Of a stretch of DNA of 64,000 nucleotides, positions 1 to 13,270 are shown in pieces. The DNA comes from Octopus vulgaris. Lineage: Eukaryota. Under the pieces are notes generated by a model, which was not told where the DNA came from, searched no databases, and saw only the letters and a list, made by a program, of their open reading frames with translations. The stretch is from positions 18,414,001 through 18,478,000 of the forward strand of contig OX597820.1 in NCBI GenBank assembly GCA_951406725.2. The letters are read 5' to 3'. Every line of letters starts with the position of its first letter. The first letter of the stretch is position 1. Made by a program: the position numbers and the translations under genes.

Positions 1-21
1 TATATATATGTATATATACAA

Positions 22-171
22 AAGGCTTCTTTCAGTTTCCATCTAGAAAATCCACTCACAAGGCTTTGGTTGGCTTGAGGCTATAGTGGAAGACACTTGC
101 CCAAGGTGCCATGCAGTGAGACTTAACTTAGGACCATGTGGTAGGGAAGCAAACTTCTTACCACACAGCCA
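22..171 (-). mobile_element. SINE family A, 5' half (tRNA-like head + CORE-like segment)
   Basis: Reverse complement of TGGCTGTGTGGTAAG...GGCACCTTGGGCAAGTGTCTT...GGAAACTGAAAGAAGCC, matching the many other copies in the window. Confidence 0.8.
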
Positions 172-563
172 GTTTGGTGATGAAGTTTTTCAAGAAGATG
201 TTCAAAGTGTTTTCACAGTCTCACCAAAAAGGCTTTAGCGGGTGCACTCGCATCTCCTGCAACCTCATGTTCTTGAGTCTATCTGTTTTTACATCACAGC
301 AACAATCGAGATTATTTCTAATATACACGAATATAAACTTAGACTTCCAGTATGAGACATTGAAATAAAGGAATACCTCCGCTCTACTTCATCATATTGA
401 GCACATGACTTAATCTTGAGATTTTTCTATTTTTAAACAAGTACTTACAGCAATACACATACACACACATGCATACATATACATACACACATATACACAT
501 ATACATACACACACACACATATATACACATGCATACATATACACACATATACATTCTCTGTAT

Positions 564-601
<38 letters not shown>

Positions 602-652
602 AATATATATATTTATATATAAATATATACACACATTAATAATATATAAATG

Positions 653-771
<119 letters not shown>

Positions 772-1411
772 GCACATACATAATAATATATAATATATAT
801 ATATATACCAAATATATAACAAGCACAACATTTATATGCACATCTTTATAAGTGTATGCTTGTAGCTGCCTACATGCATGTGGGCGTATATATCTATTTG
901 CTTATCTATCTATATACAAATATATGTGAGTGTGTGTACGTGTGTGTACGTGTGTGTGTATGTGCATGTACGTGTGTGTGTGTTCTTGAACATTAAATAT
1001 CTACAGACAGGAATTCTCTCCCAAACAATGCCAGCTCTATAATTACTGTTCAATTCTGACATGAATATAACTCTTCAGTTGATAAAGCCATAATTTGTAA
1101 CATTCCTTAATGCATAGAGGATAAAAAGAAAATCCTTAAATATAGCTACGACTTAGATTCAAATTCATTCAAAGTTTGAAAGAAACCAAATTTGAAAAGA
1201 ACTATTCTTCTTATTAAAGGAATAGATTCTAATCGGTTCGGCTAAATATCCAATCACATTTACCAAGAAAAAAAAAGAATCGAGTAGGATCATTCTTTTT
1301 GTGCCAATAACACTGCCAAAGAAAGAAATAATGGTGGCATATATACACATGTACATACATACATACATGCATACATATATATATGTATATCTGTATATAT
1401 ATATATATGTA

Positions 1412-1620
<209 letters not shown>

Positions 1621-1717
1621 GTGCATATATATGTATATATAAATATAAATATAAATATATGTATATTTTATATATATACACACCCACAAACACCCACTTA
1701 TACATAGTTCTCCCATG

Positions 1718-1766
<49 letters not shown>

Positions 1767-2564
1767 GTATGTATATATTTATATATATGTATGGCAGTGT
1801 CTTTTTTTTTTTTCTTTCTCTCTAATAACCACATAAGGCCAATTTTGTGCCAGATGATAATAAATCTAAGCGTTAACTACTCAACAAGCTACAACACATT
1901 GGCCAGATCAGAAAAATTGCTGTGTCTTGTTCATTTTGCATCTGTACAAGTTTTGTCACCAGTCCAAGAATCAGACAGATAGTCATTAGCTGGACCGGGC
2001 CCAAAAACTACTGACCACAATCAGAGTGAAAACTGTGCCAATAAGTAGGACATGGGTAAGTAATCTATCAAAGCTTGGTCAGGAAAAATAAAGACAAAAG
2101 CAACGTTGGAGAGAGAGTAAAGTAATTAAGAAAGAAATTCAGCAGAGAGGAAAAATGGCTGCTTTTATTTCTGTCAATATGGCAGACAGGGCTATTATTT
2201 CTCTCTAACAAATGAAGAGTTTCAGTCGGAAAATGCTAAAATGCCAAACGAATTCTTTTGCTTCTTTTGTTATGTTTGAAGGAAAACTTGCCTTTCTCTA
2301 TTGCATTTATAGATTTTTAGTGGTTGTCAGGAAAATACCAAGTTATTGATTTAGTATATACCTACTAATTAGGTATATTTTGTACAGCAGCACAACCAAA
2401 CTATAAATTGTGTATGCAGAAAATTTCTAATGATTGCTTCCATAATTGACCAATGTGCCACAGAATAAAGCTATTTAAAACTAGTCATTAACCTTTTCAA
2501 GTGGAATAATCTAAATATTTATTTTAAAGAAATTTTTAAAGAATTTTTTTTTCTCCCATTCTTG

Positions 2565-2713
2565 GCAGGGTTGTGTGGTAAGAAATTTGCTTCCAAACCA
2601 CACAGTTCAGTTCCACTGTGTGGCACCTTGGGCAAGTGTCTTCTACTTTATCTCCAGACCAGCCAAAGCCTTAGGAGTGGATTTAGAAGATGGAAACTCA
2701 AAGAAGCCTGTCC

Positions 2714-2744
<31 letters not shown>

Positions 2745-3137
2745 TTTAATTATTTTGTCACTGTATTTACTGCAGTGATATTTTACCATATAGCACATGG
2801 AATTAGCGGGCATTTTGAACTAGCCTTGATGCATACGTGCATATATATGTAGGTATACGTTCGTATATGTAAGTATTCATATGTTGTATTTATATATATA
2901 TGTATTTATGTTTCTTTCTGAGTGTATTCTACTGATGAGGCAAAGCATTTCTGAATGCAAAGTCAGAAATCGGGGATCTAGAATTATCCAGTAATTTTTG
3001 ACTAGTTTGATCTTGTCTCTTTGTCTTTTAATATATGTATATATATATATATATGAGCCTGGTGCAGCCATCTGGTTCATCAGTCAAATCGTCCAACCCA
3101 TGCCAGCCTAGAAAGCAGACGTTAAACGATGATGATA

Positions 3138-3179
<42 letters not shown>

Positions 3180-3420
3180 ATATGTGTGTGTGTATATGTG
3201 TCTTTGAGTTTGTATCTGTCCTGCATAATTGCTTGACAACTGGTGTTTGTTTGTTTATATCCCCATAACTTAGTAGATGGGTATAAGAGACTAATAAAAT
3301 AAGTACCAGCCATAGCAAAAAAATCAAGTCCAGTCATTTGAGTCATTTGATTAAAGCAATTCAAGGCAGTGCCCCAGCATGGCCACAGTCCAATGACTGA
3401 AACAAGCACATGACAAAAGA
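2565..3420 (+). mobile_element. SINE family A split by insertions in its internal (TA)n tract
   Basis: Head at 2565-2712 and tail at ~3190-3420. Between them lie a hammerhead-bearing insert and an RTE 3' end. Confidence 0.7.
2926..2984 (+). ncRNA. Type I hammerhead ribozyme-like motif
   Basis: Stem I ATTCTA/TAGAAT, core CTGATGA, stem II GGC..GCATT-TCTG-AATGC..GTC, GAAA, short stem III TC/GA and an ATC cleavage triplet. Confidence 0.65.
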
Positions 3421-4246
3421 TAAATGATCCATTCTCTCCTATTTCGTTTCTATCCGTTTCCTCTGCCACAAGGAATAAGCGCTATAAAATTGGTAAGAAG
3501 AAGAAAAATGTAGGAAATAGGCCAATATAGGAAATAAGCAAACTCATTTGAAGAACTACTAAAAGCAAAAAAAAAAACAAAACAAAAAAAAACAGTAAAA
3601 CGAAGCAAAAAAAGATGCAATATAACAAACAGACGATGGTAGAGTTTAGATTTAGCTGATATTAATGAACTGAAGCAGATTCTAAATGCATGAGAATTCT
3701 AAGAATTACATTCTCTTGGATGCTTAATATCAGGGTTGGGTGGGTGATGGGTTCCATTGTTCATTTTGTAGCTAATTGACAGGTTAATTAGAGCTGGCAA
3801 ATTTGACATTTTTCTCTCTTTTTTTTTTTCATTTAAATTAATTTTTTTTTTTTTTTTCCATTTTTTTTTTCGTCTGCAAGTTGGTGTTGATTATTTTCAC
3901 TGGTGGAATGATAGTCAGTCAGTCAGTCAATCAGTTGGTTGGTTGGTTGGTTTAGCTAGTAGTAGTATGCACCATAGCTAGGAGAAAGACATTTAGCAAG
4001 TGAATGACTGTTTGGCTAAGTAGAATAAGGTTTGGACAATTAGAAGCATGCTTAACTATGTTTAGACAATTTCTTGGTTGGCTTTTTTTTTTTTTACTTT
4101 TTCTGTATGTCTTTGTGCATTTTTTTTTTTTTTGCTGCTTTTGTTTAGTGAGATGGTAAATTGATTGGCTTACTTCTTGATTAGTTGGTTAATTGCATTA
4201 TTATTATTCATCATCATCATCATCATCATCATCATTATTATTATTA

Positions 4247-4617
4247 TTACCTCCACCTTAGCGAAGGCGGAGATATTGTTTTCAGTTGTGTTTGTTTGTT
4301 AGTTTGTTTATTTGTCTGTGGACAAGATATCTTGAGAACCGCTGGATGGATTCGGATGAAACTTTCAGGGATGTTTGGCCTCATGACTGGCACAAATTGA
4401 TTAGATTTTGGGATTGATCCAGTACCGGACAGGGATTCTGGATTATTTTTCCTGTTTTTTTACTTAATATTTGAGAGCAGTCGGGTTCATTTTTAGTATT
4501 CCCACATATGAGAGCAGTCGAGTTTATTTCAGATATTCTCATTTTAAAAATCAACTCTGGCAAATCGTTGAGAGGACATTGGTGTTGCCTTGGCAGAGGT
4601 TTGTCCTCTCTGAGTGC

Positions 4618-4619
<2 letters not shown>
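4247..4619 (+). mobile_element. Helentron/HINE-like non-autonomous element
   Basis: 5' TTACCTCCACC..GGCGGAG, a GTTT/GTCT microsatellite, 'GATGAAACTTT', and 3' CCTTGGCAGAGGT..CTCTCTGAGTGCT, inserted in an (ATT)n tract. Confidence 0.55.
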
Positions 4620-4665
<46 letters not shown>

Positions 4666-4842
4666 CATTATTATTATTATTATTATTATTGAGTGAGAGA
4701 GCAGTGCATGCCATCAAAGTGACACTGGGGTAAAATATACGAAGCCCAATATACCCATCATGACTACTCGTCTGATAAGGGTACACCATATTATTATTAT
4801 CATTATTATTTTTGTTATCATTATTATTATTATTATTATTAT

Positions 4843-4967
<125 letters not shown>

Positions 4968-5326
4968 TTTGATGAAAAACTGACAGCTTATTTTGCTGGG
5001 TATGATGCAAAGTGTCAGCTGCCCACAGCCAGCAGACTAAGGTGAAACTTATTTACTGATCACGCTTCAAGAACCCTGCGAAAAATTCTTGCGCCTCCAA
5101 GCAATACTGATTTTTGTAGTTGTTCTACATTCACACTTGCACCAATCTTTTTTGGCCATTTTGGTAGTCGAGTGCTGATACTTCCAAGTGCACCAATTAC
5201 TATTGGTATCACTTCTACCCTCTTCATTGACCACAACCTTCATATTTCCCACTTCAAATCGTCATAGTTTGTTGATTTTTTTTTTCCTCTTCTTTCACAT
5301 TGATTCTGTTGTCACCAGGGCATGCT

Positions 5327-5731
5327 ATACTCTTTACTCTTTTACTTGTTTCAGTCATTTGACTGCGGCCATGCTGGAGCACCGCCTTTAGTCGAGCAAA
5401 TCAACCCCGGGACTTATTCTTTGTAAGCCCAGTACTTATTCTATCGGTCTCTTTTGCCGAACCGCTAAGTGACAGGGACGTAAACACACCAGCATCGGTT
5501 GTCAAGCAATGCTAGGGGGACAAACACAGACACACAAACACATACACACACACATATATATATACTTACATATATACGACAGGCTTCTTTCAGTTTCTGT
5601 CTACCATATCCACTCACAAGGCATTGGTCGGCCTGGGGCTATAGCAGAAGACACTTGCCCAAGATGCCACGCAGTGGGACTGAACCCGGAACCATGTGGC
5701 TGGTTAGCAAGCTACTTACCACACAGCCACT
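5327..5731 (-). mobile_element. SINE family A, full length
   Basis: Head with A box (TGGCTGTGTGG) and B box (GGGTTCAGTCCC), CORE-like ATCTTGGGCAAGT, internal microsatellite and (GTAAAAGA)n tail. Confidence 0.85.
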
Positions 5732-5814
5732 CTTTTCATCATGACAATGTCCGGTTTCCGATGTCTGGTCAGGTGATCGCACTGAATCATTGCACCCCAC
5801 GGGGTTTTGCAATT

Positions 5815-6100
5815 CAGGAGGGGACCAGTCAATTAGATCGACCTCAGTATCCAACAGGTACTTAATTTATCGACCCTGAAAGGATGACAGGCAAAGTTGA
5901 CCTCGACAGAATTTGAACTCAGGACTTAAAGACAGACAAAATAACACTAAGCATTTCGCCAGGCGTGCTAACGTTTCTGCCAGTTTGCCGCCTTAAAATA
6001 TTCTTTTCTACTCTAGGTACAAGGCCCAAAATTTTGAGGGAGGGGGCCAGTCGATTATATCGACCCCAGTGTATAACTGGTACTTATTTAATCGACTCTG
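5815..6100 (-). mobile_element. SINE family B (tRNA-like head; GCCTTTCATCCTTTC..GGTCGATAAA..AAGTACCAG domain) plus the tail of a second copy
   Basis: The minus strand reads AAGGCGGCAAACTGGCAGAAACGTTAGCACGCC..GAGTTCAAATTC. Homologous copies lie at ~10750-10970, 22674-22850, 50680-50820 and 51510-51680. Confidence 0.7.
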
Positions 6101-7097
6101 AGTCACATTCTGTGTCATGCTGAATCTTTCTAAGAACTACATTAAGGGTACACATGTCAGTGGAGTGCTCAGCCACTTGCACATTAATTTCATTAATTTC
6201 GCAAGCAAGCTCTTCCGTTGATCCCTCTTTGCCTTAACTGGAACCCTCTTTGCCTTAAGTAACTAAGTGCCAGTTATTCATATCTAAGACTATATTAGCC
6301 AGAGTATCCTTATTTTTCCTAGATTGACGTGTGATTTGAAAGAGATTTAGCTGCCATTTTTAGCTGTTAAAACGACCAGGTATGAGATTTGTTTATTGGC
6401 TCCTACATAACAGTAATTCAGAAGAATTCTTTATAAATAACAAAGAGGGATTTGTAGCAGTGGTTATTGATTTATTCTTTGGTTTGTGGCCTAGAATTGG
6501 CATCAGATGAAATAAAACACATTCCATAAAATACATTCCTCAGTTTGGCATAAATTGCATACTTTTGATCTATATACTCTTGAAGAGATTGTTTTATTCT
6601 GGACCTACTATGTAACCTTACTGCATTTTTTCCTTTTTCTATCTTGGATAAATATGCCAGGAAAGTAACAAAGAGTTTACTTTCAACTGATGCTTATATG
6701 AACTGATGAGGTGGTAGAGTCTATATTAAAATGTGTTTTCACTCATGCCTATATACAGTGAAAAAGCAGAAACATGGAAATCTGAGTAGCAACAGCTTTG
6801 AATAAATGGATTAATTGTAAGCAATGATTGCTTTTTATTGATTGTTTGTAAATTTGATCGTGTGTGTATCATCATCGGTGTCATCATCATCACCATCGTC
6901 ATCATTTCTATGTCCACTTTTTCATGCTGACATGGGTTGGTTATGTCTTATCAAAGCAGTATGCTAAGACCAGTATGCCTTTCCTGTCTCCAATAATCTG
7001 TTTTTCGGGTAAGCTATCTCTCTCCCCCTCTCTCTCTCTTTCTCCTCTCTCTCTCTCACTCCCTCTCCATATATAAATATATATATATATGTGTATG

Positions 7098-7207
<110 letters not shown>

Positions 7208-7399
7208 TACATACATACATATATACAGACAGACAGACGCAGGAGTGGGTGTGTGGTAAGTAACTTGCTTACTAATCTTATGGTTCTGGGTTCAGATCCA
7301 CTGCTTGGCATCTTGGGCAAGTGTCTTCTACTATAACCTTGGGCCAATCAAAGCCTTGTTAGTGGATCTGGTAAACAGAAACTGAAAGAAGCCTGTTGC

Positions 7400-7440
<41 letters not shown>

Positions 7441-7520
7441 GCTTCAGCATGGCTGCACCCAAATGACTCAAAGAAATAAAACACTAAAAGAGAAAGAAAG
7501 AATATATATATATGTTTGTG

Positions 7521-7570
<50 letters not shown>

Positions 7571-7687
7571 TGTATGTATGTATGTATGTATGTATATAGT
7601 TGAAATTTGCAGAAAAACAAAAGATAAAGACAGGTGTATAAGCAATAAGCAGGTGTATTAGTTTGATGCTTGGGAAGGTGAGAAAAT

Positions 7688-7720
7688 CTTTTACGTTTTG
7701 AGCCTACACTCGTCAACAGA
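7688..7720 (-). ncRNA. Degenerate minimal hammerhead-like motif in a Penelope-type terminal repeat remnant
   Basis: Minus strand: TTGACGA-GTGTAGGCTC-AAAA-CG-TA, where GAAA has decayed to AAAA at a CpG. Confidence 0.35.
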
Positions 7721-8054
7721 AAGGAATGAGACAAAATAAAGAGAGAGAGAATAAAGAAATGTGTGGATTTAGGGGTCAATCATGGCATGTATGTGTGTGT
7801 GTGTATGTGTACACACAAACACACATTTATAGTTGGCATTAGGAAAGGCGTCCAGCCATAGTGACTATGCCAAAACATACATCAGAGCTTGGTGCAGTCC
7901 TGTGACTCACCAGTCCCTGTGAAATTATCCAACCCCTGCCAGCATGGAAAACAGGTATTAAATGATGGTGATGAGGAGGAGGTGGAGGAGGAGGAGGAAG
8001 ATAATATATGTGTGTGTGTGCAGCTGTGTGTGCATGTGTATGTGTTTGAGTGGA

Positions 8055-8560
8055 CATCTTATTGAAATGAGTAATAACAGAATTCCAAACCAACAATTTT
8101 ATGGGGAATTGAAAGAAGAAAAGAAGAAAGCCTCAAAATCCAAACAATAGTGCAAAGACCTTCTTAAGATGAACTTAAAGCAACGTGCTATTTTGTTTGA
8201 GAACTTGGAAGAACAAGCTGCTGAGAGAGTGATGTGGAGAAAAATAATCTTTAACGGTGTCGTAGCATTGTTTGAGTGGGGAAGGAATTTCAGCTTGCCT
8301 TATTCAAAAGAGTTATTCAGAAAAGGAAGCAGGTAGCAACATCAAAAGCTGCTGACAAAAGTGGTCATCAATGTGAAATGCATGGAAGAATTTATCTTTC
8401 TCTTGCTGGTTTCAAGAGCCACATGTGAAGGCATGGTGATATGAAACAGATGCAATATCCTCAGTGACTTGGTTTGAATTGCAACACATGTGGCAAAGTG
8501 ATGAGGTCAAAAGCTGACATGCCGAGTTCCTTTACAAAGTCGTGCAACAAAGGAAGCTCA
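8055..8560 (+). mobile_element. Decayed RTE/BovB-like LINE ORF C-terminus
   Basis: MSNNRIPNQQFYGEL..., 'LEEQAAERVMWRK' and C2H2-like 'CEMHGRIYLSLAGFKSHM', interrupted by stops and frameshifts. Confidence 0.65.
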
Positions 8561-8629
8561 AGAAAAAAATTCGAAAACCTCATATTTGAGGGCAATTTGA
8601 CAAACTAATATACAGGCATATATATATAT

Positions 8630-9033
8630 AGGCATAGGAGTGGCTTTGTGGTAAGTAGCTTGCTTACGAACCACATGGTTTCGGGTTCAGTCCCACTGTG
8701 TGGCACCTAGGGCAAGTGTCTTCTACTATAGCTTTGGGCCGAGCAAAGCTTTGTGAATGGATTTGGTGACGGAAACTGAAAGAAGCCTGTTGTATATATG
8801 TATATGTGTGTGTGTGTGTGTATGTTTGTGTTTGTTCCCCCAACATCACTTGATAACCGATGCTGGTGTGCTTACGTCCCCGTAACTTAGCGGTTCGGCA
8901 AAAGAGATTGATAGAATAAGTACTAGGCTTACAAAGAATAAGTTCTGGGGTCGATTTTCTCGACTAAAGATGGTACTCCAACATGGCCACAGTCAAATGA
9001 CTGAAACAAGTAAAAGAGTAAGAGTAAAGAGTA
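8630..9033 (+). mobile_element. SINE family A, full length
   Basis: GGCATAGGAGTGGCTTTGTGGTAAG head through the GTAAAAGAGTA tail. Confidence 0.85.
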
Positions 9034-9402
9034 ATATATATATATATATATCAAAATAAGTAACTTCTAAGTGGAAGGAAGGGCAACAATGTTCTTTGTC
9101 TATCTCCTTAACTTCTTGGAGATTTTAGACAAAATTATACTAATGTGTCCATCAGTTTTAATTTAATTAAATTCTATGTCTTTGTGCAGCTGAGGATTGC
9201 TCTGCATTTAAATTGATGTAATGGTTGCATTGTTCAATTAAATGGAGTTGTGTGAAACGATTGTACTGCATTACCTCTGGATATCGTTGTTGCTTAATTT
9301 GATTCTAATCACCTTATTTTGAAATTGTGTGGATAATACCGTACTAAATTCTGGTACCTCAACTTAAGTACCATATTCATCTGAATCTAAAATTTTGCTG
9401 AA

Positions 9403-9456
<54 letters not shown>

Positions 9457-9626
9457 CGGGCTTCTTTCAGTTTTCATCTACCAAATCCACTCACAAGGCC
9501 CAAGGCTATAGTAGGACACACTTGACGAAGATGCCATGCAGTGGGACTGAACCCAGAACCATAAGGTTAGTAGGCAAGTTACTTACCACACACCCACTCC
9601 TGCATCTGTGTGTATGTATGTATGTA

Positions 9627-9699
<73 letters not shown>

Positions 9700-9704
<5 letters not shown>

Positions 9705-10144
9705 CAATGAAAAATTGTATAAATGCAGAATGCTCGATTGAAAGAAAATTCTAATGAATTGAGAAAATGAAAAAATATAGAAATATATATTTATTCAAAC
9801 CGGTTTTCGTCATAGTTTGACTTATCAAGAATAGTTAGGTGAAAAGGTTTTTTTAAAAATGAGAAAGGGGAAAAAAAGTTGCATTGTTTTTTGCAAAAGA
9901 ATAATAGTAGTAAATATGTATAAAAATTAAAAAATAAGTACTCCGATACATTGTGAGTTCGTTGTGTATCTTGAGTTTAATAATTGTTCATGAAAGAATT
10001 ACCTGGAGGTATTAGGATCCAAGTCAAACTATGACGAAAACCGGTTTGAATAAATATATATTTCTATATTTTTTCATTTTCTCAATTCATTAGAATTTTC
10101 TTTCAATCGAGCATTCTGCATTTATACAATTTTTCATTGCTTAT
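9700..10144. mobile_element. Penelope-like 3' end with inverted terminal repeat copy (124-bp arms)
   Basis: 9700-9823 is the reverse complement of 10021-10144. A hammerhead-like motif lies at 9792-9833 (-), and the spacer translates on the minus strand to an '..EQLLNSR..' PLE-like C-terminus. Confidence 0.7.
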
Positions 10145-10194
10145 CATTTCTCCACGTGTGGTCAACACAACCTCACCATTTATTGATCTATCTA

Positions 10195-10257
<63 letters not shown>

Positions 10258-10258
<1 letters not shown>

Positions 10259-10370
10259 GTTCTGGGTTCAGTTCCACTGCATGGCATCTTCAGCAAGTGT
10301 CTTCTACTATAGCCTTGGGCCAACCAAAGCCTTGTGAGTGGATTTAGTAGATGAAAACTGAAAGAAGCCC

Positions 10371-10468
<98 letters not shown>

Positions 10469-10735
10469 GTGTATGTGTGTATGTATGTAAGTATGTATGT
10501 ATGTGTGTGTGTTTGTGTGTCTGTGTTTGTCCCCCCACTGCACCATCGCTTGACAACCGATGCTGGTGTGTTTAGGTCCCTGTAACTTAGCGGTTCAGCA
10601 AAAGTGACCGATACAATAAGCACTAAGCTTAAAAAGAATAAGTCCCGGGGTTGATTTGTTCAGCTAAAGGCTGTGCTCCAGCATGGCCACAGTCAACTGA
10701 CTGAAACAAATAAATGAATAGAAGAATAAAAGAAT
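10258..10735 (+). mobile_element. SINE family A (5'-clipped) with expanded (TA)n(GATA)n core
   Basis: B box, CORE-like segment and tail match the family consensus. Confidence 0.8.
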
Positions 10736-11268
10736 ACATACATACATATTTGTTTCAAATTTTGGTAGAATTTTTGGTGGAAGTTTGGAGGGTGGGGGCT
10801 AAGATGGTTACGTTGACTCCAGTGCTCAACTGGTACTTATTTTATCAACCCTAAAAGGATGAAAGATATAGCCGTCCTGAGTGGAATTTGAACTCAGAAC
10901 ATAAAGCTAGATGAAACACCACTAAGCATCTTACCTGTCATGCTAACATTTCTCACAACTCGCTACCTTCATATATACAGATACATTGATGTTTGTTTTT
11001 ATGTTCAGTTATAATAAAAAACGATCTTACATTAAATCTGATGGATTACTTTATACTTTTGCAGAATAAAAATTTAATATTCTTTGACAAGGATACTATT
11101 GATTGTGACTTTGAAGTTTCAGGCCATTAAACCACCGTCTAATGTGATGATGAATTGGGCAAATCTTATGACAGTGATAGACACACACAAGACAAATTTA
11201 AGAAAAAAAACTCATTTATACCTTCTGTCAATTAAGCCTCAAAATTACTGTTACCTACTAATTTGTCT

Positions 11269-11806
11269 AAAATTAGAAATATTAAATTTCTAAATATCTC
11301 ATAGAGATATGTATGGTGGTGGGGTGATAGAGTGGTTGTATACTGTCAACTTAACATGACAGTGAGGGAACTACACCACTGCTGTTTAGCCCTAGGAAGC
11401 ATCGACGCTTCCTGTCAGCTTCGACACATTTCTTGTGTCCTCATATATTTACGAAGGGGAGACAAATACCCCCAACAGCTAGGCCTGCATCTAGAGACAC
11501 GCATGTTTCAGGGTCTTTGCCCATCATCGGTTTAGAGCAGCAGAAGCCTGCTACCTGAAAATATCTGTCTCGATTTCGTAAATATATATATCTAATTTTC
11601 AGTGAAGTTTATTCACTGATCACCAAAATCAGAAATATTAAATTTCTAATTATCTCATAGAGATATGTACGGGGGTGGGGCAATAGAGTGGTTGTATACT
11701 GTCAACTTAACGTGACAGTAGGGGATTACACCACCGCTGTTTAGCCCTAGGAAGCATCGACGCTTCCTGTCGGCTTCGACACATTTCCTGTGTCCTTATA
11801 TATTTA
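11269..11806 (-). mobile_element. 356-bp-period partial tandem (1.5-mer) element containing a hammerhead; retrozyme- or PLE pLTR-like
   Basis: Direct repeats at 11269-11451 and 11625-11806, with a hammerhead motif at 11490-11536 (-) between them. Confidence 0.65.
11490..11536 (-). ncRNA. Type I hammerhead ribozyme-like motif
   Basis: Minus strand: TCTAAA-CCGATGA-TGGG-CAAAGA-CCCT-GAAA-CAT-GC-GTG-TC-TCTAGA, with a GTC triplet and a U4C core variant. Confidence 0.6.
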
Positions 11807-12803
11807 TATAATTGATTTCTTAGATGTTTCCATAGGCTTAAACTCATGCTCTTAAAAACCCTATCTTCAAGTAATGAGATCACATATATACATAAACAGT
11901 CCTGTCATACCTACACACTGTAGTGTTTAAAAATCTAATAGTCAACATCAGTAAGAGAACATTTAATGTCATCTTCAGAAGAAATTATTGAAAAAGCAGG
12001 CCCGGTACTGCAGCTTCAAAAATAAGATAATATATAACCCTCCAGTTAAAAATGTAAAGCCTAAAATTAGACCTAGGAAAATAATATGGTTCATCCCCAC
12101 TTTCTCTTTAGATGTTAAACTAACATAGGCAAGAAATTCCTGACATTATTGAATAAGCATTTTTCAGTAAAGCATAAATACAGGAAGATTTTAATAGATA
12201 CGCAATAAAAATTTCATTCAGCTTTTGCTCCAAAACGAAGGTCATTATCACCCATAAGTTGCATTGAGAACCCACTCCCAGCTGCAACTATGAAGACCCT
12301 GAAGCTTGCCTGCTTGATCAGGCATACTTGTTAAATGCAGTTGTTTATGAAGCTGAAGTTACAGACAACATAATTAAGAAGGAAAATTATATCAGTTTAT
12401 GTAAAGTGAATTTTAAAAGCTGTTATGAAAACCACTAGACTTCTTTCCAACATTTTGATATGAATAAAGCCACTAAGTCAGCTATCCCTTTATGGGATCT
12501 GAATATCAAATGCACACCATATACAACCAAGTGGAGAATCATGGAGAAATCTACACCATATAAAAATCGATCAAGGAGCTGCACATTATGTATAGCTGAA
12601 AAATCACACATTCTCTTTAGATCCATGAATTCCACCACAGTACTTAATTCTAGATCCACATTTTTAGCAAATGCAAACATATGGATAAGTTTCTTTTGTT
12701 GAACTGGTGGACACCACCCACTCTGGATTGAGTAGCTATCTCACAGACTTTGGCCTCCTTTCTATTAAATTATTCCTCTCCAGCTACATTAATTATGGTT
12801 TCT

Positions 12804-13018
12804 TTATTTAAAAGCAGCAGAAATATAACAAAAGTTGTTACTCGGAGTTTCACGTACCCATTTGTCTTTAACAAAACTGTCCTTAGAACAGGAATGTGAA
12901 ACTCAGAGTAACAGCTTTTGTTATATTTCTGCTGCTTTTAAATAAAGCATATTACTCTACCTCTGGTATTTGAGTACTCTTTTTTCCACCTTGTTTCACA
13001 TTTATGTGCTTACTCCGG
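12804..13018. mobile_element. Short inverted-repeat insertion with 15-bp target-site duplication
   Basis: TSD TTAATTATGGTTTCT at 12789-12803 and 13019-13033. Inverted arms at 12802-12853 and 12896-12947 contain GAAA-CTC(A/C)GAG-TA. Confidence 0.7.
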
Positions 13019-13182
13019 TTAATTATGGTTTCTACAGACAAAGGGGACAAAGTTCTTGGTGTTCTTACTTTTCTTTTCTTCGTTCTCATTCCACTTTTTA
13101 CATCAACCTTCTTCACATTTTTTTCTCATGTTTTTTCACAAACAAGCATCCTGGTTTCTAAGTACATCCAATGTTATTAACT

Positions 13183-13270
13183 GAGCCTGAAAGAATGCTT
13201 AGAAATATATGGCATGTTATATAAATCCACCAATTTAATGTATCTTAAAGAATGAAACTATTAGTAGCTC
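13183..13270 (+). ncRNA. Hammerhead-like motif with long stem II
   Basis: GAGC-CTGAAAGA-[~60 nt]-GAAA-CTA-T-TAG-TA-GCTC, downstream of the PLE ORF remnant in the same orientation. Confidence 0.5.

Noticed and set aside
5509-5865. Recurrent ORFs '[33 protein letters not shown]' as a protein family
   Set aside because: These are antisense translations of SINE family A.
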